A DNA stretch of 64,000 nucleotides from Chrysomallon squamiferum (GCA_012295275.1 CM022673.1:9858001-9922000); one strand, 5' to 3'; counted from the stretch's first letter, positions 45,693-61,740 are shown. Notes: generated by a model not told the origin, from the letters alone. Numbers and translations are program-made.

Positions 45693-48202
45693 CACAAATT
45701 CTCGTCATTTCTAATGAGTTTTAATTGCTTTTATGGTTAAATCTCCTCTACTCCTTTAGTGAAAATACGGCATTATATTCATGTTTCGAAAAAAGGTAAA
45801 ATGAATATATATAAAATACATTAAAACATAAAACTTTAAAAACTTAACATTATAACATACCAGAATGATTCAACCCGATTAATTCTTTCATTAATCTTTA
45901 TATAATAAAATTTAAATTTATTATTCTTTGTCACACAAAGACGGTAGTAAAAACTGATTTATACATTTAGTGTTAAAACTTCACGTTTTACAAGTAGGTT
46001 AGAATAACCTTCACGAAAAAGACTCCGATTTTAGGAGTCAGAATTCTAATTTTCTATGTTAAATAAAGGCATAGCAGATTGTAGTCTAAAACAGAACGTG
46101 TCCTAGTTAGAAATAAATGCAGGAACATGAACTAGATCAGCAGATTCTTTCGCTCTGCTTCTCTCATGTCGTCTGCTTAACAGTTTAAATATAATTTAGT
46201 CCGTCATTAGTGGATTATTTCTCGTTCCTTCACTGCTAACATGCTGGCCTAACAGTGTTTAAATTGTGAACAGAAAATTCGTGTAATTAGTAGAAGAAGC
46301 CATGATTTAACGACAGCTGGTTTCCCCGTCGGATTCTGAAATTGCTGAAACCATATTGAAGAATAGTGCCAAATCGAGATATATTACTCCTTTTTTTTCC
46401 CTTCAGTGCTTAAGTAATTAATATGTCTAAATGAAATTTGAGTTGTACTTTTTATTCCCACGTGCTGTATTTTTTATATTTATATTATTTGTTTCTTTTT
46501 TCTTTTTTGTTTGTTTGTTTGTTTGTTTCTTTTGTTTTATTTTATTTACTGTAATAGCCGAATATACAAGAATTTTCTTAGATTGTAATGCTAGATAAAT
46601 AATGAAGCTAACGGACCTAAAACACGAGAGAGACCCATATGTTGTAGTTTTCACATTTTCTCTTGTAAACCACTGACTATGTTGAACATGCTGTCATTAT
46701 GTATACTGTCAGAAAATCGGTGATTGAAACCAGTACGACAGATAAGGTTTTTGTTGTTTCTTGATGTAATAAAACGATCATGTTGTGCGACGTACTACAA
46801 AAAGAATAAATTATTTTGAACTGTTTGAATTGTTATTTTGTTATTGTTTCACTATTACGCAAATAGCGCTGAGGAATGGGCGCCTGGGAGAGTAGGAAAG
46901 AGTAGAAACAACCATTGTATTGTTTTATTATAACATTATTTTATATTTTCGTAATCTGATCAGATAAACTACATCTCAGTAGACTTCTGACAGTGTTTAT
47001 TATGGTTATTAACAGATATTTAAAACGCCTTAGAGAGCAAACACAAAACCAGTCAGTGGTTTGGTTACTTTTGCATAATCGCTTATTCATGTTTATTTTT
47101 TTATTTTTTTTATTTTATTTTATTTATAATGTTTGATTTCGTATACTCTTTAAACTATTAGTGCTATGTAATAATTTTGTGTAGATTAGGAACAAGGTAT
47201 TTGCTACATGTCTTTTTATCCCAAAAGAAGGCATATATTTACTGTACTGTCAGGGAGGACTGGTCGAAATTTGAAATGGCCTAATTGAAGTATCGAGAAG
47301 GATTGATTCTGCTAGTAATTTTACTTTTATTGAATTTTCTTTTGATGAGTTAAAGTGTATACCTATCACAATAAATTAAATTTATGGATACAATTTTTTC
47401 TTTCATTTGGAAATTCGATTTTTCAACTTTTAACTTATTTTTTATTTTTTATTTCTTTCTTTCTTTAATGTATATTTTTTTTCTTTTTCTTTATATTTTT
47501 TTTTTTATTTTTTTATTTTTTTAAAATTATTTATTCGTTTGTTTATCATCATCATGAAGAAAACTATAAAAATGCAGGTATTAAGCGACTGGTTAAAACA
47601 GTAATAAAATAAAATGAAATCCTTGAATGATGACACAGGATTGTATCGCCTGCGGCTGACACAGATCGCGTGAAATGGGTTAACACCCAAAGGAATTATT
47701 TTTCTTTTTATTTATCAATAGTTTGATGTAGGATACCGAAAACTAGTCACCTCACCTTTATGAGGTTAACGCAGCAAAAAATAGCCAACATTTTGTCTTC
47801 CCACCATAACATAGTGCAGAGACATCTTTTTCTTTCTTTCTTATTTCTTCCTTAGATTTAATTATAATAAATATCTCCACAGAATACAAAGAACGGCAGT
47901 TTGTTGTAATAAATTACAGTTGAAAGGAGTAATAATAGCTAAATTCTTCTTGGCTTTGCGAAGCTATATGATGTTCTTTATTAAATCTGTTTCATTTAAG
48001 AAACCTGGAGTTAATATTGTTTCACTGAAACAAACATTCATATATATAACGCCGAGGTTATAAGATATCATATTTCACTATATATTATTACTTAATTGAC
48101 ATTAATTTGAATACAGAGTAAACTAAATAATTATTTTTGATTTCAAAAAAAGATTGAAAAAAAACAACAATGAATAAAACCAATATTATAGTAAAATTTG
48201 TT

Positions 48203-48327
<125 letters not shown>

Positions 48328-50731
48328 AATAATTAAATAAATAACAAAGAACTCAAAACCTTTGCCAACTGAACAAACCAAAATGTTTTATTCACATCCA
48401 ATATTCAGACTGGCATTTAGGGCATCTATAGTTAAGGTATCACACTTTGCGACAAACGAAATAACAACGCAGACGGGTTAACTGGCATAAAGAGAGGAAA
48501 CAATGAGCAACAGCTGGCATATACATATATATATTTTTTAAATTTTCATGGGACTGTTTTGATGATAAACTTTGGGTAGACCAGCAGATGATATACGCCA
48601 TGGCGAAAACTAATACCTTGGTTAATCAGTTTTACGAAATTTAACTCGTGTCTTAATTACTGAAGCAATATCTACAAAATGCTGATTCAAACTATTGTTA
48701 GCTGTTCAACGGTCATACGAAATAAAACACAATTTGAAAATTTTACTAATTCATAATGCAGATAGGTTATGGTCTTAAAGGTAAAAATAATCATATATAT
48801 ATATATAAAGGCTTTCATTTTAGACATTCCATCAAGATACTTTATAAAAAAAAAAAAAAAAATTCTTAATAAAACTGATGATAACACAAGGTATGTTATA
48901 CAAGCGTAAACTTCTTTCGTTCTGTAAATCTTTTTTCTTTCCATCCAATGATTTTGCGTTCTTTGATTGCCAGTCACACTGTATATTTGCTCTCTTTTAT
49001 TTATTTTTTTGTTATTTTTTGTTTTGTTTTTGTTTTGTTTTCACAATATGCCGGTTATATTTATGCTAAATGCAAAATAAATTATAGATATTTACAGATT
49101 TGTTTGAGAACAGATGGGCGAGAGGAAGACCTTGGATTCGCAGATTCTATAATGACAGACTTAAAACATTCAGTTTCCACTATGTTTTTTATGCTTGCTA
49201 TTTTCATTGACTGAATAAAAATCTTTATTAACACTGCCAGCTTATTCTTCAAACCATCTCCTTCCCGAGCTAAGGAAATAATATGCAGAAAAAGATGACA
49301 GCTCTAGGTATCCTTCAAGCTGAGAATTACGGCCAGCATGATGAGGAAACTCTACCATTTCTGTTAGAAATGAACCAATAGTGTTTGCCGTAAAATACAA
49401 AATCAGCCAATAATATTTGCCGTAACAAAACTATTTCGTTACGCAATAAGTTATTACTGTTATTATGTCGACGTTTATAAATTGGTCAGTGACACTTCTG
49501 TTAAGATTCCATTAGAAAGGGAAATAGGTTTACTTAATGATAAAAGAGGGTTTTGTAACGAAAATCCAACACTGTTAGAGTGTATTGTTCTTTGTGGTTC
49601 TAAACACAACACAAGCTTTAGTGCTCACGACATTATGTTTTTATACACATATAATTATTATTATTCTCCCTGGGTGATTTTATGGCCTTCTTCGGAAATT
49701 TTCGCCAGTCAATGGAAATGCAAAGCTGGAAAATCCATATATACACTGAAAAAGAAAGAACGATAAATATTAATTTTTTTATTTTTTTTTTTTTTTAATA
49801 AATAATAAAAACACTCTGTGTTTAAATCCAAGATAACTTTATTGGCAGATCTGGGACATTAAACACCTTTGCTGTTTATTTATAGTCTATTTTGATTTTT
49901 TTTTTTTTTTTTTGCTTTCTTTTTTTATTTCATTTCAATATATATTTGAAATTTTGATATTCAGAAACAATTATTTTGACGCTGTGTCAATTATTTAACT
50001 GTCGTATTGTGATAGTATGATAAATAAAAAATAATAATAATAATAATAAAAAAAAAAATTAAATTAAAAACAAAACAAAAACGCAACAATTTTGCACACA
50101 TTATAGGCTAGTTTAACTTAGTAACAAGAAATATTTTATTTATTTATTTATATTATGTTTCTAATTATGCAACGGGAAAAAAAAGAAATTGTTTGCTACA
50201 CCAGCTAAAGACTGACTACAGATATATAAAGTAGATAAAACTGAACCATGAAGGGTCGATCTTGCGACCAATCGCTCTTCAGTGCGAGTTTTATATCTAA
50301 GGCACATCTCGTTTCTCTCTCCTGACATTAAAAACAGGTAAACAAACAGTATATAAGACAGGTCAACTGCTGGATTCAGGTACTGCTAACAAGGGCTACT
50401 GTCAACTAGATCGGTGAACTTAGCACCTCTAGCCACGTAAACCTGACCGGAATAATTGTTCGAGATTTACAGTCAGTGTTGCTTGAAGTAAATGGTGTTT
50501 GTTTAGGTTTTTTATTTTTTGTTTGTTTATATATATAGGCTAAACGTTTACCGAGCCTTGTAATGTGTGTACATATTTCCCTTTCTCCTTTGGTATATCT
50601 TTCAGTTAAATCAATTAAGTGAATCTAACACACACAGACGCACACGCACACGCACACGCAAACACACACATCAATAACTCTGTCAATCAATCAAAATAAC
50701 ATAATAATAATAATAACTCTGTCAATCAAAC

Positions 50732-50762
<31 letters not shown>

Positions 50763-50812
50763 TAATAAATAAATAAATAAATAAATAATAATAAATAATT
50801 CATAAAAAATAA

Positions 50813-50851
<39 letters not shown>

Positions 50852-50914
50852 GCACGAATTACAAATTATAAAAAAATATACTTTGTGCAAAATAAATTTT
50901 AAAAATATTGTGAA

Positions 50915-50949
<35 letters not shown>

Positions 50950-51050
50950 AGTAATAATAATAAACAAAAAAAAAAAAAAAAAAAAAAAAACAAAGAAGAA
51001 AAACCTAATTTCTAAGTCGTACCCAAGGCTTGAACTGAACGTCACGTGGT

Positions 51051-52200
51051 TTATTCCGCGGCTTGCTCTGCCGGGTTCTCGTCAGTACCGTAATTCTGTT
51101 CTTCACCGCCTGGCGGCTTCCAGCCTGGGACGTGCTGGATCTCGGGGGCAGGGGGTTCCACGGCGAGCGTTTCGAACAGGGTCTGCCTCTCGTTGTACGT
51201 CCTGTGGTCTGTGTGTCGCTCGTACTTACTGCATAGTTGGATTTTGGGCTGGATAACAAACACAAGAGTATTACTTCAGTAAACTTAATTTTGTTTCTTT
51301 ATTAGAATAAATGTATTTAAGCGTTTTATGTTCATATATATTTATTGGTTATCAAACTGAGTTTATGTGTTTACATTACTTTGTTTAATGTGTGTGAATA
51401 AACTGGATTATGTGTTTTGCACTACACTGTTTACATTGATTATGCGCATAAACGTAATCCTATTTTTTACGTGACTGTTTTCAGTGTTTGCGAAAAAATG
51501 CTGTGTTTTTTATGTAACGTAACGAAAGGTGTTTAGTGTTTGCGAAAAAACGCTACGTTTTACGTAATGTAACGTCAGGTGTTTAGTTTTTGCGAAAAAA
51601 AACCCGTTATCCTGTGTTATATGTGGCAGTGTTTAGTATAATCTTAATTTCACGTTTTACTTAATTGTGTTTACAAATAAATATTTTTATCCGTTTTACC
51701 TGACAATGTTTAATGTCTTAGAATAATATTTTGTGCTATTGTATTTAATATTTGCAAATAAACGCAGTTCTCATTTATTTATGTCTTACAAAAAAAAAAA
51801 ATAATAATAATAATAAAAAAAACTTACTGGTGCACTGGTGAATTTATCTGCGAGTCGGTCAAACCTGAAACATTAATGAATATGTGAATACGAAAAATTC
51901 ATATTTTTCTTTTAAACAGCAAGACCACACGCACCCAAAAAATATTTAGTCATTTAATGAATATAAAATGATGTTAAAATAAAGAAAGCAATATCCATAA
52001 ATATTTAAATTGAAAATAAAAAAATAATAATAAAGATTTAAATACGTACGACTCGTCGACTTGAACTGTGGACACGCCTCGTTTACCTTTCCTGAAATAA
52101 ATAAATAAAAAAATAAACAAAATGACACACCCACACCCACACACATAGACACACACAAAAATAAAATAAAATAAAATCACACCCACACAAACACACACAC

Positions 52201-52231
<31 letters not shown>

Positions 52232-54176
52232 TATGTATGTATGTATATATATATGTATGTATGTATGTTTGTATGTATACATACATGTATATATTTATAT
52301 AATTTGCTGAACATAGACGAAATAAAGGGAAAAGGTTCAGGTTTACTTTTTAGGTGGACGATTTATATTTTTTACAGTTTTATTAATAATAAAGCTACCC
52401 ATTCTAAAACAATCAAAACATATATGCTAAATTTGTCCCCACCCTCCCCCTTATCGTAATATAAACGTACATTTTACTGTGATTAGAACAGATACGGCTT
52501 TAGAGTTTAAAACGCTTGCATGGGATATAATATGTACAAAACCTTCCGTTCGTTTTATCGCTGTATTGTACCACAGCTTGGTTACTGTTATTCGAAGCTG
52601 AAGTTTTAATGTCAAGTGTTTATCAGCTGTGTGTAGCGTCACGCTGTGTTTTCCTACTTTCGTTTTCGACTGTGATACAACTAATGGCTATTTCCGGCTA
52701 TTTCAGTTTATATCTTCTTTATTTCGAAAAATAATTTATAAAACAAATGGAAATAAGTGACAATTTTTACTAATTAACTAATTATGATATGGCATAATCA
52801 AAAAATATTTCGTTTCTTTTGATCACGTGACCTGTGTTTTTGCAGGTTATATATCCAATATGTGCATTATCCATCGGCCCTGGTGTCTGGGCATGTGGTT
52901 GGCGTGTTGAGTCGAGAGTCGCACCACAGTGAGTTCGAATCGCCCTCCGAGCACTGTGATGTACTTCAGTCACTGCGCTTTCTGCTGTTCATGTCACTGG
53001 GTCAACACTCAAATCCACTACCCTTTTTCGTTTTTTTATTTTATTTTTTTGTTTATTTTATTTTAATAACGAATATAATGTAAGAAAAGTAGCACAATTT
53101 TAATCTAATGATTCTGGATAAAAAGACAAGAAATCCGATGTTAAACGCGATATGTTACTCTTTTTCTTAGAAAGCAGCAACACATAGTTTATGTTTTCAC
53201 CTTCTCGTAAACGATGGCGCACATACCATTGCCTTTCATTAACAAATCTTGGAATACTGTGACAGATATTTGAACCCGTCCACTGAAGTGGATTGAACTC
53301 ATGGTTCCTAACGCTAATCACTAAGATAGGACCTTCTACTTAATAGATTCATTTCTTACTCCCAAACTATGGTAAATCAATGTATAAGATAATCTCCAAA
53401 TTATTTGTAATTTTTAAAATTAATTTTCATTAATCATTGGCGTTTAATATGTATGTATATGAAACAACAACAACAATATCAACATCAAGAACAGTAAATA
53501 ACAAAAACAACAATAATAACAATAATAATAGTAATAATGATAATGATTACGACGATGTTGATGATAGATATTATTATTATTACCATCACCAAGATCGTCA
53601 ATGTCGTCATCATCATTATTATTATTATCATCATTGTCGTCATCATATCGTTACCTACCCTTTGTTCATTTGTCTTGCACGTTCGGCCAGCTCAATCATC
53701 TGAAACACAAATAAAAATTAATTAAAATTAAATTAATCAGAATTTCAGATAAAGGTATGTTTACCATGATTATGCTGATCATAAATTATTTCAGCAAGTA
53801 AAACAGTTAAACAGCCAGGTACCTGCAAGATTATATTTTGTTTTTGCACATATTAACAGTTATAATTATTAATAATATTAATTTGTCAAACGGTAATAGC
53901 AAACTCCTTATTTCGTTATAATTTTTTATTTGTGTCATTCATTTGTCGACAGACACTTTATTAATTCAGCGTGGAAAACAACGTCTACAAGGAATTTCCC
54001 AACTCGAGTGTGTTTTACCTCTCTCGTTATTCTAACTAGTGACACTGATTATACCTCGTTGACAGGTGATAACTAATTGGGACTGTCATTTCTGAAACCT
54101 TCATGTCGTGAAAGACAAGTGAGTGACAGTATTTCACGAAAATAAAACTCTTATGAATAACATTTCAATATTTGTT

Positions 54177-54216
<40 letters not shown>

Positions 54217-54872
54217 AGCAGATGGTCATGGGATCAAATCATTCTAGCCTCATCAAAGTTATTACAAATAGCATATAGCATATGAAAAATGAATGTAAAA
54301 GATTTCTTTTGATGATAATAGCCAACTTAATTACGATACGAATAGACAAGGTAATTAGGATAGGGGATTGACCACCCAAGGACTATTTCTAGAGTGTTAA
54401 AGAGAGAGAGAGCTTGTGCACGTATGAATGAATACATTTACACATGTGTATACTGTGCGTGTCTGAATGCGTGTGCATTTGCAGGCGTGTACGTGCGATT
54501 ACGTCTGTGTGTTATTCGAGGTTGTAAAGAAACGTAAACGTACGTCGTACTGCTGTCGCTTGAACCGCTGTTCCAAGTCGTACTTGTCGCCCACCAGACG
54601 TCTGATCGTCTCGTTCAGCTCTTTAGCCTTGATGAGGAGTTTGTCGCTCGTCATCCCCTCGATGCTCAGGGGCTGGATCCTCTGGGACAGGATGGCTCTC
54701 TTCTCCTCCTCCAACTGCTCCTTGGATTTCTGCATGTCCTCTGCGCTCAGTGGATCCAGCTAAACGCGTTATGAAACAGTATTAGTGTGAGCATTGTGTG
54801 AAACAGCAAAAATGGAAACATGTTTTACCTTCATTATGGAATTGCTAAAATGAAATTTTTATCTTTTATTAT

Positions 54873-54904
<32 letters not shown>

Positions 54905-56091
54905 TAAAAGAGATGGTTTTAGATGAATGTGTGGAATTGCAAAATGAAATTAACTTATCTTACATTTTACTGCATAGCATAAGTGTAATTTTTTTTTTTT
55001 TTTTTTTATCTTAATTAAATATATTATGAAATTTCAAATATGAATTCTCACTTTATCATTCGTAGCTATTACTGTGAATCTAAGACCAAGATAAAATATA
55101 ATTTGGACAGGCAAACCAGTCATAAATAATTTATTTATTTCAGTTTTTCACAATTATTGTATCTTTTCATAGGATATTGGTAGGAACAGATTTGTTGAGT
55201 TTTATTCACACATCAACCTGTGCATAAAGATCATATATATATATGTCATAAGTGTTTTGTTATTTAAACGAACATGAATGAAGACCATGATATAAAACAT
55301 TAATGATAAGCAGACAAAACTGAAAGAGGGCAAAGAAGTTCCGAACATAAAATACCTAAATAAATAAATGCAGAAATGAAATAATAATGATCGAAAAAGA
55401 AAACATTGTAATAATCGAACATAAAATGCAGAAAGCAATAGGCATACATCGTGCTTTAATAGAAATTACACCGAAACTTTAAACTGTATTCTAAAAAGCT
55501 TTAGGCTTTGAAATTAATTAATATTAAAATATATTACTAACTTGTGATATGTCAACTGTTATTTGTAATACAATTCATATTTTGTGTGACTTAAAAAGCA
55601 TCATAATTATTTACACACTGTGAAAGCCATACAGAACTGAATAATATTTACCTACTTATTTCTAGCATTAGAGCACAGCAAAAACAGCACACGATAAAAG
55701 GCACACACACACTACATTATTATTTTAGCGTGAAAAGCTAAAATACTATTATAATTACAGCATGGAAGGCACACATTACTGTTATGAATAAACCATGAAA
55801 AGTAAAAATACTATTAGAATTACAGCATGGAAGGCACACATACTGTTATGAATAAACCATGAAAAGTAAAAATACTATTATAATTACAGCATGGAAGGCA
55901 CACATTACTGTTATGAATAAACCATGAAAAGTAAAAATACTATTAGAATTACAGCATGGAAGGCACACATTACTGTTATGAATAAACCATGAAAAGTAAA
56001 AATACTATTAGAATTACAGCATGGAAGGCACACATACTGTTATGATTAAACCATGAAAAGTAAAAATACTATTATAATTACTGAATGAAAG

Positions 56092-56128
<37 letters not shown>

Positions 56129-56493
56129 ATTATTATTTTAGCATGAAATGCTAACACACTATTATTTTAATGACCCAATTTTAAAAAAATTAAATACACA
56201 GTTATAAATTTAGAAAGCATTTTCAATGAGGAAACAGTGGGGATTTTTTTTTTTTTTTTTTTTTCACTTATGTTTTTACCTTTACCCAGACAGAAAACAC
56301 GGCATACCAGAACTTTGTTATTACTAGAAGACTCACACGTTACCTCCTATCAGCAACACAAAATATATTGTTAGTATGTTAGCAAGAATGAAACACACTC
56401 TCATACTGACTATACTGTGATCTGAAGGAACCGAATAAATTGATAATTTGTTTGTTATTTAGATTTTTGTATTTTTTGGTTCTTCGCTTTATT

Positions 56494-56524
<31 letters not shown>

Positions 56525-57018
56525 TTCGTATTATTTAAAAAAACACAAAAAACCCACAACAAAACAATAATAATGTTGTTCTTTTGCTAAGAAATAGTTT
56601 AGCTACAATTAATATAATATATATTTGGGGACTCTATATGATAGAAATAATAATAATAATAATAATCGTCTTTCCAAAAACGTCCCATAAATCTCCACTC
56701 CAAAAAGCATTTCTCTCGTAAGATTATTTATAATAATGTAAGTCTACAGTTAATAAATATTACATTTCTACTGGTTCTTTTCGCTACAGCAAAGATCATT
56801 TTTCAAACAGCAACTGCCTTGTGAAAATGAAATTGTCACTCGGTGTGTTAATTTAATATAAAAAACAGTTTTAATAGGATATCAAATTTTAAATAAATGA
56901 TCTTTGCATTCTGATCCACACTTAGTTTCGTTAAAGCATTCCTATTAAAGAGAACCTGTCATTATTATTTGGCGCCAAATGTTCTGACTCTTGTTATAAT
57001 ACAAGAAGCTACGTTTTT

Positions 57019-57117
<99 letters not shown>

Positions 57118-57981
57118 ATTAAAAAAATAATTACTTCTTTCATTAGTTCTATAATAAAACAAAGACACTGGGCACCATAATTATAACGATTCTCTTTAAA
57201 CCAAAACATTCTGGAAGAGTTTTACACTGCTTCTGGGACAAAATTAATCATCAGTTCTTGTTTTACAATATCGGAAATAAAATTCCTTCCAGAATATTTC
57301 AGTGTGTAATTGTGAGTGTGACCTTAGCATCTTACTCTGCATTCCTGTAAGAGAAAAACAATACAATAAAATCACTTGTAAGCTTTCGTCTTCATCTCAT
57401 CTTTTCATATACTTCAACTCTTTATACAAACACACAGGCCAAACGTAAAATACATTACGCACATTCAACTATATATCAAATATATATATATATATATATA
57501 TATTATAACAAGTACATTGATATTTTGTTATTAATAAAATGTTACCAGGCGGCGTATTTAAAAATATTTTGGATTAACAAAATGGTAAAATCATTATCTG
57601 ATTTTGTGAAAACTGCAATCAGACGGTTGTTTTTTTTTTTTTTTTTTTTTAGCGTTACTATTAATAGTTTCACAATGGATCATAACCGATAGTGAATGTA
57701 CAGGGGCTACTGAAAAGCTATGTTAATGTCGTTTATCCTGCTTGTTATGCTTATTTGAGCAAATTATATAATTTGGCTTGAGTTTTCTGAGGGGGGAATT
57801 AGTTGCCCAGATATAAAACCTGTTGTGACGTCATCACAGTCAGCTGGAATTTTCCATAAAGACAGAAATATAGGTGTGGCGCGTTCGACATGTATTTGTA
57901 CAATAGATAAACATTTGGCCTGAGTATTCGTATAACAAAATTTTAGCATCACTGGTATAAAATAATAATAATAATAATAAC

Positions 57982-58014
<33 letters not shown>

Positions 58015-59447
58015 TAAATATAAATTAAAAATCTTAAGGTACGTGTACTTAATGCACATAATTATAACATTTTAAATATCTATTATGCAATACATAAAAC
58101 ATGTTTTAAAATAAAATAATTATATTTTACTCCTTTCTAAAACCGCCATTAGGCAACAATCAAGCATAATTGATCAGATCAGTTCCAGAAACAAAGGCTT
58201 TTACAATTTTGTCAATTTTATACACATTAAAATGAAATTTCGATAACAAAATATCCGAAATATGAAATAAAATATTTTGGATTTGAGAAAAAAACAGAGA
58301 GAGAAAAAAATGGGACCTCTACGACCCCTGCAATAGTTTCTGGAACATTCCTGACCAAATCCGAATACAAGAAAACACATGACCCAAAACAAGGTCAAGG
58401 TCATGAAAAGACCAGTGAAGACAGATCAGTTTGCAATGTACAAATATAAAACAAACATAAAACACAAATGATCATTAATATTAACAAATAACAAAACATA
58501 GAAATAATAATAATAACACGTGCAGTTTAAAAATATTAAGAAATGAAAAATAATTCGTGCAGTTCATAGAAAGTCTTTCAGCCTGAGCGCATACTCAAAA
58601 GCATATAAAGTTATAATTTTCATATGCACATAAAATCTGATTGTTTCAAAATGCATTACCCCTTCGTTTTATAGTTATCATTAGAGAGTAAATATTTCCT
58701 TTTACTGTTCTTTTCTTTTTTTTTTTTTTTTTTTTTTTTACCATATTCACTAGAACTGATATTTGGTAGATATCCAACACAAAAGGAAATTGTCTTAAAA
58801 ATGTTAAAACAGAATACGTGGTTTATATACCAAAAGTTAGTGTTAGTTTATTTATTATTATTTTGTATTATCATCATTTCTGTTTTAGAAAATAATCGGG
58901 ACTCAGTCTGTCAGGACTTGTTACACGAACGAGCGATTCAACTATAATTATTGTAAAATATTGCACAGACAAATAATTTATTGTCGATTATTGCACTTAA
59001 AACAAGTACAAACAAAGAAGAGTCAGTTTCAAATTCATCTGCATTCCAAAAGAGAAAAAAAAAATCAGAAAGAACAAAATTAGAATATTAAACAAAACGT
59101 AAAAAATAACGAGTACATTTTGTGTAGAGAGGAAGAAGAGAAGAAAAAGAATAAAGAAGATAGAAGGACGAATAACAATAAACTTCGAAAATATTATGAA
59201 AAACCAGAGAAGTAAATAAAGAAAGAGTATTAGGAAAGTCAAACCACAGAGCTTTAGAGAATGAAAAATAAATATATAAATGAGCAACAATATTATATGT
59301 ATACCTTGATGATTACTGACAGGTGTATATATATATACAAATTGTCAGAATTTTAAAGTAAAATATGAAAGTAAATAACTTTTTAGTTAACTGTTTGTTT
59401 TGATTAAGAAAAGTTCATGTAATGAACTTATAAGATAATATGGTGAC

Positions 59448-59496
<49 letters not shown>

Positions 59497-59659
59497 TTGA
59501 AATTTGAAACCAAATATTATGAAGAACAATTAAAAAAATATGTTTATTTGAAACAAAGATATTTTGCAAACCAAAAGAAGTTAATTACGTTAGACACAGA
59601 ACATTATATATTAAATAAAATAACATGAAAATAAAAAAATAAATAATTAAATAAAAAAA

Positions 59660-59707
<48 letters not shown>

Positions 59708-60176
59708 AATAAATAAATAAATAATAACAAAATAAATAATAATAAAAATAAACTAAGAGAATAAATAAATAAATAAAACAAAATAAATAAATAAATATTA
59801 AAAACAAACAAATAACAAACATGAAACAAAAAACTGATGTTTGTACATGGACACGTATACAGGTATTCGGCTTATAAACGCTTGCTATGCGTACATATAC
59901 GTCAATAAATATTACATTTATCAATTAATAAAATATAGTTTATAGTAATATAGAATTACCTGATAAAATTATATAAATAATTATATTACAAAACAAAATA
60001 TATTTAAGTTTAAAACAGTGATACTTTCCTTATTAAATATCAATGGTTATAGTTTTTGCTATTGTTTTATTTTTATTTATATTATTTATTTATGTATATT
60101 TAAACAATATCATGCTTATCATTTCATAGTATACCCTTTATCATTATAATACATAAATTTCGTTTTGGATTTCTTT

Positions 60177-60207
<31 letters not shown>

Positions 60208-60735
60208 CATTTCCCAATACATTTTACAAATTTATATTATTAAAAGTATCCAAATAACACAAGGAACCTTAAATTCCTGAAATAAAGAAATGAAATCAAC
60301 TCGAGGTACCGTATGTGTTAATTATTTATAAACGTCAAAGAGCGGAAAAAAAAAAAAAAAAAATGGCGGACGACGGTAACTTACACTTCCGGGAACTTTG
60401 TCGGAGTCGCTTCTCTTTGTGATAACGAAGTTTGGTTTTTTCGCCTTGGACAGGCGTTCTTCTGCCTCCCGCTTCTTGCGTTCTTTCTCGGCCTTCAGTC
60501 TAGCTTCTTCTTCTGCCTTCTTGCGTTTTCTTTCTTCCTAAACATGCAACACTCCACCAGGTTAATATTTGTGTAAAATGTTAGGACGTAATACATTAAA
60601 ACGAATTTATTTTGCAGTTTGATGAACACAGGCCTGAGGTAAAATTTATCACAAGCGTAAACCGTTAAAAATTTACAGTCTGCTGTGTTTTTGTGAATAC
60701 TTTTGATAACACATATGCAAACACACACACACACA

Positions 60736-60799
<64 letters not shown>

Positions 60800-61740
60800 C
60801 TCTCACACACACACACTCACTCACTGACAACCCCATCATGTGATTAAAAAGTATTAAACCTATTTCATTTACCAAAATAATTATTTTCTTTCTTTCACAT
60901 ACGCACGCACACGCACACGCATATACACGCTCATTCACCAACATATTATATACCATTGGTCCTTGTTCAATCACTTATTTGTTATTCATATCTTTGGTTG
61001 TTTTATGTTGTACTTACAGCTTCCGCTTTCATCCTAGCTTCTTCTTGTGCTCGGAGTTCAGCTAATTTTTTCTCTTCTTCTTCACGTTCCTTTTTTCTTT
61101 GGAGCTGCATTTAAACAGGCGGAAAACAAAAAAAAAGTAAGAACTACTTTTGTTTTGTTAGTCTCGGATTCCGGCGATATAAAAATTTATACACGGTTTT
61201 ATAATAAAATAAAAATTTATGTAAGTCAAATTCGGGTAGTGCTCTTTTGTACATAAAAGATAGTTGACTATTTTTATATATATATATATATAAAAGTATT
61301 AATAGTAATAATAATAATGACAACTATCATCATCATCATATTATGTGCATATTTCTAATAAGAAATATAATCATCATCTCATTATACTAGTAATAGTAAC
61401 GACAACCATTTTCATAATAATTATCCTATGATCATAATAATGACCTTCATGGATTTAATAATAATAATAATAATCATAATAATTATAATAATAGTAAGGA
61501 GAAGAAGAAGAAGAAGAAGAAGAAGAAGAAGAAGAAGAAGAAGAAAGAGAGCAACGACATAAGAGGAAGAAAAAGAAGATGAGTTTAAGAAGAAGAAAAA
61601 TTAACACACCCTTCTTTCCCTGAGTCTGGCTATTTCCTCTGCTTCTCTCTCTCTCTCTTCACGTCTCATTTCTTCATACTCAGCCAGTTCTTGCTGTTGC
61701 TTCTCTAACTTCTTCCTCTTTGCTTCCTGAAATAATGACG

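Noticed and set aside
49225-49370. Alternative coding terminal exon of troponin T
   Set aside because: Acceptor-like site and AATAAA are present on the - strand, but there is no TnT-like sequence and TnT already terminates at 51051.
55740-56095. Regular repeats resembling a CRISPR array
   Set aside because: Units are contiguous with no unique spacers, there are no cas genes, and the context is a eukaryotic intron.
60495-60974. 159-aa ORF on the - strand
   Set aside because: Produced by (GA)n/(GT)n repeats and overlaps a real TnT exon in the wrong frame.
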